A stretch of 32,000 bases of DNA from Candidatus Kuenenia stuttgartensis (GCF_900232105.1 NZ_LT934425.1:1920001-1952000); one strand, 5' to 3'. Counted from the first letter of the stretch, positions 17,606-25,340 are shown. The notes: generated by a model from the sequence alone, not told the origin. A program made the numbers and translations.

Positions 17606-18079
17606 CAAATTTGCTTTCATAATAATGAAAGTATTAAGGTGACAGTTGTTGAACTTCTCTATCAAATCCTTCCTCCCTTGGATAAAGATATGGCATTGCT
17701 CGTCCAGAAACACGTTCGGATGATGGAAAATCTTTTGAGGGAAATGGCGGTGGTGCCGTGACAAAAGTTATCATAGGCAAACAACTGCTACCGGCAGATA
17801 TATACTGTAAGAGTTCACAAATAGGGATTTCTAAAATTAGATTTAACCTCTGTAAACATAATCTGTAAACATAAATAGTTATAGCATTTTTGTAATCACA
17901 TTTTGTGAACTCCTTGAGTATAATTATTCTTCCCATTATGAATTGCCTTAGGTTCTACGGCAATCAAAATAATTGTAACACTTTAGTTCTTTGAAAAATT
18001 AATAGCGAAAAAAGGTAAAAAAAGCTGGCGTCTGTTTTTCCTTTGTGGTATAAAAGGCTTCAATAAAGGGAAACAGTTT

Positions 18080-18961
18080 ATGAAGCCTATCATATTCCAA
18101 TACCGTTCACGAAAACTGCATGCGGACGATATCGCCTTTATAAAGGCGCTCATCGAGCAGCATTTTCTCAGAGGTCGGACTTATATTTCCTGCGAACTAT
18201 GCAAGCATTGGAACTGGGTGCAGCCCAATGGCAAACATAAAGAATACGCAGCACGAGACCTCCTTTTGAGATTAGAAGAACAGGGATTGATAACGCTTCC
18301 TCCACGTATACGGGCCAAAAACAATCTGAAACCCAAGGTCTTTGTCCAGACACCCCTTTTCGTCAGGAGACCACTAGAAGGTAAAATCACAGAGTATGAA
18401 AACCTGACAATCCATGTGGTAAAAGACCCTCAGGAAAGATATCTCTGGGAGTATCTCTTCCAACACTATCACTACCTCGGCAATCCCCGGCTTGTTGGCG
18501 AACACCTCAGACACATCGTACGTATAGGCAATCAGGTTGTTGCCTGCCTGGGGTGGGCAAGCGCCGCATGGAAAGTCAAAGACCGTGATCGTTTCATTGA
18601 ATGGGATGAGACGACTAAACGTACACACTTACATTTGATTGCAAATAACGTACGATTTCTCATTCTACCATGGGTTAAGATCAAACACCTTGCATCCAAG
18701 GTATTGTCACTTGCCCTCAGACGTCTGTCAGATGACTGGAATACCGTTTACGGCCATCCCGTTTATTTAGCCGAAACCTTTGTTGATACCGCGCGGTTTA
18801 AGGGTACCTGCTATCAGGCGGCCAATTGGATTCGTGCTGGCAAAACCAAAGGGAGCGCAAAACGGGGCAATCGCTATCTGTATCATGGCCAACCTAAGGA
18901 TCTCTACCTCTACCCTCTTCAAAAAAACTTTCGGAGGTTTCTTGACTGTGACCAGGGATGA
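18080..18961 (+). CDS. DUF4338 (DruA-like) domain protein encoded within the IS66-family element
   Basis: GW.SAAWKVKDRD.FI.W......HL.LIANN.RFLILPWV.I.HLASKVLSLALRRLSDDW...YGHPV.LAETFVD..RFKGTCYQAANW. Clearly homologous to the N-terminal half of the ORF at 6234-7562. Confidence 0.8.
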   Translation: MKPIIFQYRSRKLHADDIAFIKALIEQHFLRGRTYISCELCKHWNWVQPNGKHKEYAARDLLLRLEEQGLITLPPRIRAKNNLKPKVFVQTPLFVRRPLEGKITEYENLTIHVVKDPQERYLWEYLFQHYHYLGNPRLVGEHLRHIVRIGNQVVACLGWASAAWKVKDRDRFIEWDETTKRTHLHLIANNVRFLILPWVKIKHLASKVLSLALRRLSDDWNTVYGHPVYLAETFVDTARFKGTCYQAANWIRAGKTKGSAKRGNRYLYHGQPKDLYLYPLQKNFRRFLDCDQG

Positions 18962-20318
18962 AGCCATAGCTATTTTGGAGATGGACAGAGAGGATGCGAT
19001 TCAAGCCATCCTGATACTGGCGGAGAAAGCAGAAAAATATGACCGGCTTTGCGATAAACCGGGTCCGACTACCCCTTCCGGTTCGATACCGCCCTATCTA
19101 AAGCCCACAAAGAAAAAGAGAAAACGGCCTTGTGGCAGGAAAAAGGGACATAAGGGAGTTTGCCGGAAACGACCTGAAACAGTAACTGCCTATCAAACGC
19201 ATTCCATGGAGAGTTGCCCTGATTGCCACCAGCCATTACAAAAACCGGTAAGAACTTATAAGCGATACATCGAAGATATTCCACGCCTTGACCCTGTTGT
19301 GACGGAACATACAGTTCATGGTTACTGGTGTGCTTGTTGCAAAAAGATAGTTCAACCCAAGGTCACAGATGCGTTGCATGGCGCCCGACTAGGATTGCGC
19401 CTTGTTGTCTTTACCGCATGGCTTCACTACTTAATCGGTATCAGTGTAAACAACATCGTAAAGATGCTTTCCGTATTTTTCAACCTTCAAATAAGCGCCG
19501 GCGGTCTAACCCAGGCATGGAAATCCCTTGCAACACTCCTGGAGCCACAGTATAACGAGATTGGCCAAAAAGTCTCCGCAAGCGCTGTCTTACATGCAGA
19601 TGAAACCGGATGGAGGTTGAATGGAAAAACCCATTGGCTATGGTGTTTTACAACACAAAAACTCTGCTACTATCTCATAACACCAAGTCGGGGGTCTCCT
19701 GTCATAAAAAAACTCTTGGGCATTCTATTTGGTGGTATCCTGATCTGTGACTTTCTGGGCGCTTACAACAAGATAAGCGCACTGGCAAAGCAGCGGTGTT
19801 TCTATCATCTGTTCACGGAACTCGTGAAAGTAGATGCCCACAACCATTCTGCCGCATGGAAAGCTTTCCGGAAAAAACTCTCCCGGTTGCTCAAGGATGC
19901 CATCCGGTTATCAGAGAAAAAGAACCAGATAAGCCTGGTATGCTTTCTTCGGCTAAAAAAAAGATTGTATCGCAGGCTTGAACAGTTTTTGGCAACGCCT
20001 TGTCAGGATAAAGACGTACAAAGATTGACCAAACGCCTGAAGCGCCATAAACAGGAACTCTTTACGTTCCTGGAACATGAAGGTGTGAGTCCCTATAATA
20101 ATCATGCCGAGCAACAGATGCGAAAGCCAGTATTGACCCGAAAGGTATCACAACAGAATCGTTCTGTTCAGGGCGCCAATACCCAGGCTATCCTTATGAC
20201 GTTGCTTCGCTCTGCAGAATTGCAAGGAGACAACCCCGTGGAAAACCTTCTGGCATACGCCAAAAAAGCTCTTTTAACAAAAACCACTTCCGGCTTAACT
20301 TATAATATCGCTTGTTAA
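18948..20318 (+). CDS. IS66 family DDE transposase (TnpC-like)
   Basis: Basic stretch KKKRKRPCGRKKGHKG, zinc-finger-like CPDCH...CACC, and HADETGWRLNGK.HWLWCF (IS66 DDE block). GTG 18948 (GGAGG 10 nt upstream) overlaps the DUF4338 stop. ATG 18981 is an alternative start. Confidence 0.85.
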   Translation: MTRDEAIAILEMDREDAIQAILILAEKAEKYDRLCDKPGPTTPSGSIPPYLKPTKKKRKRPCGRKKGHKGVCRKRPETVTAYQTHSMESCPDCHQPLQKPVRTYKRYIEDIPRLDPVVTEHTVHGYWCACCKKIVQPKVTDALHGARLGLRLVVFTAWLHYLIGISVNNIVKMLSVFFNLQISAGGLTQAWKSLATLLEPQYNEIGQKVSASAVLHADETGWRLNGKTHWLWCFTTQKLCYYLITPSRGSPVIKKLLGILFGGILICDFLGAYNKISALAKQRCFYHLFTELVKVDAHNHSAAWKAFRKKLSRLLKDAIRLSEKKNQISLVCFLRLKKRLYRRLEQFLATPCQDKDVQRLTKRLKRHKQELFTFLEHEGVSPYNNHAEQQMRKPVLTRKVSQQNRSVQGANTQAILMTLLRSAELQGDNPVENLLAYAKKALLTKTTSGLTYNIAC

Positions 20319-20449
20319 TTTTTCAAAGAACTAAAGTGTTACAAATAATTAAGTGAAAGGCCATTGAAAGTCAGGCGATGGTCACGAACAGTTGAGATCC
20401 TGACATAAACTTGTGTGACGGGGTCTCCTGTCGCAAAAAAGGAGTTAGA

Positions 20450-20836
20450 ATGATGTTCAAGAGAGTCGACCATGTGGAAATTGTACCAGGGAATGCGGAA
20501 AAGACCATAGACTTCTATGTAGACATTCTTGGCTTTAGAATCAGGAGTCGTAAGGAAATGAAAATGCCGCCCATGAAAGAGATTGTTTATATTGAACTTG
20601 GCGATACGGTGCTTGAAATCATCTCCGTGGACGATCCCAAGCCGAAATCCAATAACCCCTGGGAGGTAGGATACAGAGGCATTGCCCTCGAGGTGGACGA
20701 TATGGCAATGACGGTGGATTATCTGAAGGGCAAAGGGATAGCCATAGCCCAAGAGCCAGTAGACCTGGGCAATTCGTTCCGTGGAGAGATAAGAGACCCG
20801 GATGGGCTTATTATAGAACTCCGGCAGTGGAAGTAG
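20450..20836 (+). CDS. VOC (glyoxalase/bleomycin-resistance/dioxygenase) family protein, copy A (intact)
   Basis: MMFKRVDHVEI.V.N.EK.IDFY.D.LGF......E ... GY.GIA.EVDD...... L...G......P ... IRDPDG..IEL. SD ggag 5 nt upstream of ATG 20450. Confidence 0.8.
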   Translation: MMFKRVDHVEIVPGNAEKTIDFYVDILGFRIRSRKEMKMPPMKEIVYIELGDTVLEIISVDDPKPKSNNPWEVGYRGIALEVDDMAMTVDYLKGKGIAIAQEPVDLGNSFRGEIRDPDGLIIELRQWK

Positions 20837-20916
20837 CAGAACGACGCCCATTAACGACCGGACGGTTTCAGCGGACAGGATGTCGTTGATGAGCCGGAGC
20901 GTTAGGCACAAGTAAA

Positions 20917-21167
20917 GTAACTATTCAGCGTAATTTATTAAACTACCGGAGATCAGAACGCAATTGCACTGGAAATTTTGTTTCCAGTGAGGGTCTGATT
21001 TGATAAATTACAAACTGTCTTAACCCTGTGATTTTATCCCCTATCTATCAGCAAACAGGCGAGAAACCGGAGTTTCTCGAACAAATGCGCATTCCCAAAC
21101 AGATACTTCACTATGTTCTGTACAAGGTTTGGGAACGAGCCGTGTATCGTTTACGCTGAATAGTTAC
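20917..21167. mobile_element. 251-bp MITE with perfect 17-bp TIRs GTAACTATTCAGCGTAA
   Basis: TIRs at 20917-20933 and 21151-21167. Flanked by CAAGTAAA (20909-20916) and CAAGGAAA (21168-21175). The paralogous copy at 24468-24475 has a single CAAGGAAA and no element, i.e. an empty site. Confidence 0.75.
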
Positions 21168-21218
21168 CAAGGAAATGCGATTGTGATAAGAGACTAAAAA
21201 CATGAGGAGGTTTTACAG

Positions 21219-21371
21219 ATGATCTCAGACAAGATGATGCAGCTTCTTAAATGTGAGGGTATAGTCGCAATAGTGACCATGGGCGGCGACGGTCCGCATG
21301 TGGTAAATACCTGGAATAGCTACATAGACGTCACCCTAGACGGGTATCTTTTGCTCCCTGTTGGAGGGTAA
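21219..21371 (+). pseudogene. PNPOx-like split-barrel protein, 5' fragment (copy A)
   Basis: MISDKMMQLLKCEGIVAIVTMGGDGPHVVNTWNSYIDVT parallels 24518-. Similarity is lost at about 21366, with a stop at 21369-21371. Confidence 0.7.
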
Positions 21372-21578
21372 GAGCTATGGAGGACTTTATACTAAAAACT
21401 ATTACCAATCCAGCGATTATTTTCTTGATACCAGCCTACTCAATTTCTTTTCACAACTGCCGTCCCCCAACTGGAACTTTCACTCAAGAGCAAGAAACTA
21501 AGGTAAAAATCTAGCTGGTCAAATTCTATAATATCACAGGCTTAAACAAATAACATTAACGCATCAGGAGGGATAAAA

Positions 21579-21968
21579 ATGCAAAAGTATGGCTCTTTAT
21601 TATCACGTTTATTAATATCGGCGATTTTCATATTTGCTGGATTGGGAAAAATCTTTGATCCGACATCAACTATGGGTTACATGAAATCAACTGGAATGCC
21701 CGCAGTGAGATTTTTTCTGGTAATGGCAATTATTTTTGAACTGGCAGGAGGGATTTCAGTGCTGATCGGATACAAAGCAAGATTAGGCGCACTTGGATTG
21801 ATTGTATTTTTAATTCCTGTAACGTTGATTTTTCATAACAATTTCAGTGATCAGACGCAGTTAATCATGTTTATGAAAAACATGGCCATTTTGGGCGCAC
21901 TCATTGCCATTGCGATAAACGGGCCAGGTGGCATGAGTTTAGACGGACGAAAACCGGCTTTATCATAG
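21579..21968 (+). CDS. DoxX family membrane protein
   Basis: 129 aa with four hydrophobic spans. LLISAIFIFAGLGKI.D ... ELAGGI.VLIGYK.R.GAL.L..F ... KN.AI.G. SD aggaggg upstream. Confidence 0.8.
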   Translation: MQKYGSLLSRLLISAIFIFAGLGKIFDPTSTMGYMKSTGMPAVRFFLVMAIIFELAGGISVLIGYKARLGALGLIVFLIPVTLIFHNNFSDQTQLIMFMKNMAILGALIAIAINGPGGMSLDGRKPALS

Positions 21969-22026
21969 TTGCTTTTACTTAGACAGTAAAGCACTTTAAG
22001 AATATAAGCCCGTTTACACATTGCTG

Positions 22027-22165
22027 TCTTCGGTACCGGGTTCCTGGTCAAAGGCACGGGACCTTCGTGAAAACCGGCGAGCGATTTGCCATCGTAAAGA
22101 AGCGTCTTTCTTGGGCAAAAGCGGCAATGGAGATAACGATACTCTCCGTTACGCAGACATTGTAA
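22027..22165 (+). pseudogene. PNPOx-like protein, 3' fragment (copy A)
   Basis: GFLVKGTG.F.K.GE.F.IVKKR.SW...AMEITILS.TQTL* parallels the end of 24518-24889 (GFLIKGTATFIKSGGQFDIVKKRFSWVRAAMEITILSATQTL*). Confidence 0.65.
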
Positions 22166-22186
22166 ACATAAGGAGCAATAAATTAG

Positions 22187-23410
22187 ATGCAGCTCGAAAC
22201 GCCTTCCGCAACCATAGAGCACTCCGCTCGAACGGTGTTCCCAATTCTGATTGCCATCGGTTTTTCGCATTTGTTGAACGATACGATTCAATCGTTGATT
22301 CCGGCCATTTACCCCATCGTCAAGGAATCGTTTCATTTGACTTTCGCGCAAGTCGGATTGATTACACTCACTTTTCAAATGACCGCTTCGTTATTGCAGC
22401 CAGTGGTCGGGTTTTACACAGATCGAAATCCGAAACCCTTCTCACTGGCCATAGGAATGTCGTTCACGTTGTTTGGGTTGATCTGCCTTGCGTTCGCCTC
22501 TGGTTTTCCCTGGTTGCTTTTTTCAGTCGGACTGGTTGGTTTGGGTTCGTCGATCTTCCATCCCGAATCTTCGCGCATCGCTTACATGGCATCGGGTGGC
22601 CGGCACGGATTTGCCCAATCGCTTTTTCAAGTCGGAGGAAATGCGGGAAGTGCGATCGGCCCGTTATGCGCCGCGTTGATTATTGCGGGACATGGACAGC
22701 GCAATATACTTTGGTTTTCACTTGCGGCAATTGTGGGAATCGCAGTCCTATACAAAGTCGGACAATGGTATCAAACTCATCATCACAGGATCGTCGGCGC
22801 AACAAAACACCCGCTTCGAAATGCTTCGTTGAGTTCAACAAAAATCGCGATGTCTCTGTTTATCCTAATTGCTCTGATTTTTTCAAAATATTTTTATTTG
22901 ACCAGCCTCACGAGTTATTACACGTTTTATCTGATCCACACATTTCACGTCTCAGTGGCCAGCGCACAGGTTCATCTGTTCTTGTTTCTGTTTGCAGTCG
23001 CGGCGGGAACATTTATCGGCGGGCCGTTGGGTGATCGGTTCGGGCGTAAATACGTGATCTGGATTTCTATTCTTGGCGTGTCTCCGTTCACGATTGCTCT
23101 GCCTTACGCGAATCTGATGTGGACTTCAATTCTTACTGTGCCGATAGGCGTCATTTTGGCGTCGGCGTTTTCTGCCATCCTGGTTTATGCGCAGAATTTG
23201 CTGCCGGGAAAGATCGGAATGGTTGCGGGACTGTTTTTCGGTCTGGCCTTCGGCATGGCGGGCATCGGTTCAGCCATTTTGGGGAAGTTGGCCGATCTAA
23301 CCAGTATTTCTTACGTCTTTCACGTTTGTTCCTATTTACCGCTGATCGGTCTGTTGACCGGCTTTTTGCCTAATATTGAGATAAGCGGTGATATTTCACA
23401 GGAGGAATAA
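22187..23410 (+). CDS. fsr: MFS transporter, Fsr (fosmidomycin-resistance) family
   Basis: SHLLND.IQSLI.AIYP......L.F.Q.G.ITLTFQ...SLLQPVVG..TD ... GSS.FHPESSR.A.MASGGRHG.AQS.FQVGGN.GS..GPL matches my recollection of E. coli Fsr closely. GC is visibly higher than in the flanks. Confidence 0.8.
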   Translation: MQLETPSATIEHSARTVFPILIAIGFSHLLNDTIQSLIPAIYPIVKESFHLTFAQVGLITLTFQMTASLLQPVVGFYTDRNPKPFSLAIGMSFTLFGLICLAFASGFPWLLFSVGLVGLGSSIFHPESSRIAYMASGGRHGFAQSLFQVGGNAGSAIGPLCAALIIAGHGQRNILWFSLAAIVGIAVLYKVGQWYQTHHHRIVGATKHPLRNASLSSTKIAMSLFILIALIFSKYFYLTSLTSYYTFYLIHTFHVSVASAQVHLFLFLFAVAAGTFIGGPLGDRFGRKYVIWISILGVSPFTIALPYANLMWTSILTVPIGVILASAFSAILVYAQNLLPGKIGMVAGLFFGLAFGMAGIGSAILGKLADLTSISYVFHVCSYLPLIGLLTGFLPNIEISGDISQEE

Positions 23411-24006
23411 TGATGACTATTTTAGCGAAGATTGATGCACGCAGGGCGTTTGAGTTATTGGCGGATCCGGAAACACTGCTCGTTTGCGCTTACGAAGGAG
23501 ACGAAGAATTCCAGCAGCACCACCTGGAGGGTGCGATCTCGCTGCACGACTTTTTGTCGCGAAAGGAGTCGTTGCGGAAGGGCCAGCCGATCATCTTTTA
23601 CTGTGCCTGCCCACATGACGAAACAGCAAATGGCCAGGCGAGTAAGTATCAGAACGAAGGCTTCACGAATGTGAATGTCCTAGAAGGTGGAGTACACGTC
23701 TGGAAAGAGGCGGGCTGTACGGTTGCGATGTCTATGCCCCCAACCGAAATCGATCTCGACGCTTATTTCGCTCGCATCCGTTACGCCGGGCCGCGAAAAC
23801 CGACGCTCGCCTTGCTTCATGCCATCGTTGCCCATCACGTCGCCGCAATCCCGTTCGAGAACCTCGACGTGCTGCTGAGCTGGCCCATCCTGCTGGAACC
23901 CGCTTCGCTCCAAAAAAAATTGATTCACGACCGCCGCGGTGGATACTGCTTCGAACAAAACGTGCTTTTTCTGCTTCTTGACACCCCCCAAGACAGAAGG
24001 AGATAG
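23410..24006 (+). CDS. rhodanese-like domain joined to the N-terminal ~90 aa of an arylamine N-acetyltransferase (truncated)
   Basis: Rhodanese-like HLEGAI...IIFYCACPHDE...EGG...W, then IDLDAYFARI.Y.GPR.PTL..L.A...HV..IPFENLDVLL......L......KL...RRGGYCFEQN (NAT catalytic Cys motif). NAT similarity is lost a few residues after FEQN at the duplication junction near 23975; the ORF then runs 14 more codons to its stop at 24006. Confidence 0.7.
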   Translation: MMTILAKIDARRAFELLADPETLLVCAYEGDEEFQQHHLEGAISLHDFLSRKESLRKGQPIIFYCACPHDETANGQASKYQNEGFTNVNVLEGGVHVWKEAGCTVAMSMPPTEIDLDAYFARIRYAGPRKPTLALLHAIVAHHVAAIPFENLDVLLSWPILLEPASLQKKLIHDRRGGYCFEQNVLFLLLDTPQDRRR

Positions 24007-24010
24007 TACG

Positions 24011-24395
24011 ATGTTCAAGAGAGTCGATCATGTAGAAATTGTACCAAAGGAATGCGGAAAAGACCATTGACTTCTATGTAGACGTTCTTGGCTTTAGCAT
24101 CAGGAGTCGTAAGGAAATGAAAATACCGCCCATGAAAGAGATTGTTTATATTGAACTTGGCGATACGGTCATTGAGATTCTCCCCGTAGATGATCTCAGG
24201 CCAAAATCCGGAAATCCCTGGGAGATAGGATATAGGGGCATTGCCATTGAGGTGGACGATATGGCAACGGCGATGGATTATCTGAAGGGCAAAGGGATAG
24301 CCATCGCCCAGGAGCCAATAGACCTGGGCAATTCGTTCCGTGGAGAAATAAGAGACCAGGATGGACTTATTATAGAACTCCGGCTGTGGAAGTAG
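24011..24395 (+). pseudogene. VOC family protein, copy B (frameshifted near the 5' end)
   Basis: ATG 24011 gives MFKRVDHVEIVPKECGKDH*. There is one extra base relative to copy A (ccaaaggaatgcg vs ccagggaatgcg). The rest of the gene is open only from a TTG at 24039. Confidence 0.7.
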
Positions 24396-24517
24396 CAAAA
24401 CGACGCACATTAACGACCGGCCGGTTCCAGCGGACAGGATGCCGTTGATGAGCCGGAGCGTCAGGCACAAGGAAATGCGATTGTGATAAGATACTTAAAA
24501 ATGAGGAGGTTTTACAG

Positions 24518-24889
24518 ATGATCCCAGACAAAATGATGCAGATTCTTAAATGTGAGGGTGTAGTCGCAATAGTGACCATGGGCGGCGATGGTCCGCATGT
24601 GGTAAATACCTGGAATAGCTACATAGATGTCACCCGAGATGAACATCTGTTGATCCCGGTTGGCGGCATGATACGGACAGAGGCCAATGTGGAGAAAAAT
24701 AACAATATTCTTTTAACCCTTGGAAGCCGAGAGGTACAGGGATTCCGCGGTCCAGGTGCTGGGTTCCTGATCAAAGGCACGGCGACCTTCATAAAATCTG
24801 GCGGACAATTTGACATCGTAAAAAAGCGATTCTCCTGGGTAAGGGCAGCTATGGAGATAACAATCCTCTCTGCCACGCAGACATTGTAA
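24518..24889 (+). CDS. pyridoxamine 5'-phosphate oxidase-like (FMN-binding split barrel) family protein, copy B (intact)
   Basis: 123 aa. VAIVTMGGDGPHVVNTW ... LLIPVGGM..TE.N ... GFLIKG.A.F is typical of small PNPOx-like proteins. SD gaggagg upstream. Confidence 0.6.
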   Translation: MIPDKMMQILKCEGVVAIVTMGGDGPHVVNTWNSYIDVTRDEHLLIPVGGMIRTEANVEKNNNILLTLGSREVQGFRGPGAGFLIKGTATFIKSGGQFDIVKKRFSWVRAAMEITILSATQTL

Positions 24890-25047
24890 AAACAGAGTTT
24901 GGCGTGTGAGATTAAAAAGGCGCTATCTTTATTGCAAAAGATGCGAACGATTCTTCGTAAGGCATGACAACTACTCAGCGATAAAATGCATCTGGAATAG
25001 GCCAATATGAGGGGCATGGCCGCCTGGATTGGATTGGAGGAATAACT

Positions 25048-25206
25048 ATGGAGTAGTACAGATGCTTTGCTTGTGGATATGTCTATGACCCAAAATCTGG
25101 CGATCCTGACTATGAAATTACTCCTGCCACCCGTTTTCATAATCTACCTGATGATTGGGTCTGTCCGGAATGTGGGGCGCCAAAAGAACAATTTGAAAAA
25201 ATTTAA
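25048..25206 (+). pseudogene. rubredoxin paralogue with in-frame TAG at codon 3
   Basis: ATG GAG TAG TAC AGA TGC... gives [51 protein letters not shown]. Same 159-nt length as 15683-15841. SD ggagg is retained. Confidence 0.7.
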
Positions 25207-25221
25207 AATCATCGAAAAAAG

Positions 25222-25330
25222 GTAACACTTTAGTTCTATGAAAAAAAACGCTCGTTCCCAAACAGATACTTCACTATGTTCAGTACAAGGTTTGGGAACT
25301 AGCCGTGTATCGTTTACGCTGAATAGTTAC
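25222..25330. mobile_element. 109-bp mini-MITE combining an IS66-IRL-like left end with the 251-bp MITE right end
   Basis: The left end GTAACACTTTAGTTCT matches IS66 IRL 16/16. The interior hairpin and right end (25254-25330) match 21092-21167 almost base for base, ending GCTGAATAGTTAC. No clean TSD is seen. Confidence 0.55.
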
Positions 25331-25340
25331 AGAAAATATA

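Larger units (their letters stand above)
17975..20342 (+). mobile_element. IS66-family insertion sequence (2,368 bp) carrying DUF4338 ORF + DDE transposase
   Basis: Perfect 28-bp terminal IRs GTAACACTTTAGTTCTTTGAAAAATTAA (17975-18002 and the reverse complement of 20315-20342). 8-bp direct repeat AAATAATT at 17967-17974 and 20343-20350. The transposase stop lies inside IRR. Confidence 0.85.

Noticed and set aside
17570-17936. Minus-strand ORFs 17570-17764 and 17634-17936, and a 43-codon plus-strand ORF after the NDH-2 gene.
   Set aside because: No family was recognised. They overlap one another and the repeat-rich IS flank, and there is no RBS evidence.
20339-20911. 190-aa minus-strand ORF, with its paralogue at 24015-24470 (151 aa) and the 173-aa ORF at 24619-25140.
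   Set aside because: All three lie antisense to well-supported plus-strand genes (the VOC copies, the PNPOx-like gene and the rubredoxin remnant). They have no recognisable motifs and are best explained as shadow ORFs.
21851-23034. Long ORFs 22021-23034 (+, 337 aa) and 21851-22378 (-, 175 aa).
   Set aside because: They overlap the Fsr-type MFS gene and the DoxX gene in other frames. Their composition is Arg/Ser-rich and nonsense-like, as expected for off-frame translation of GC-richer DNA.
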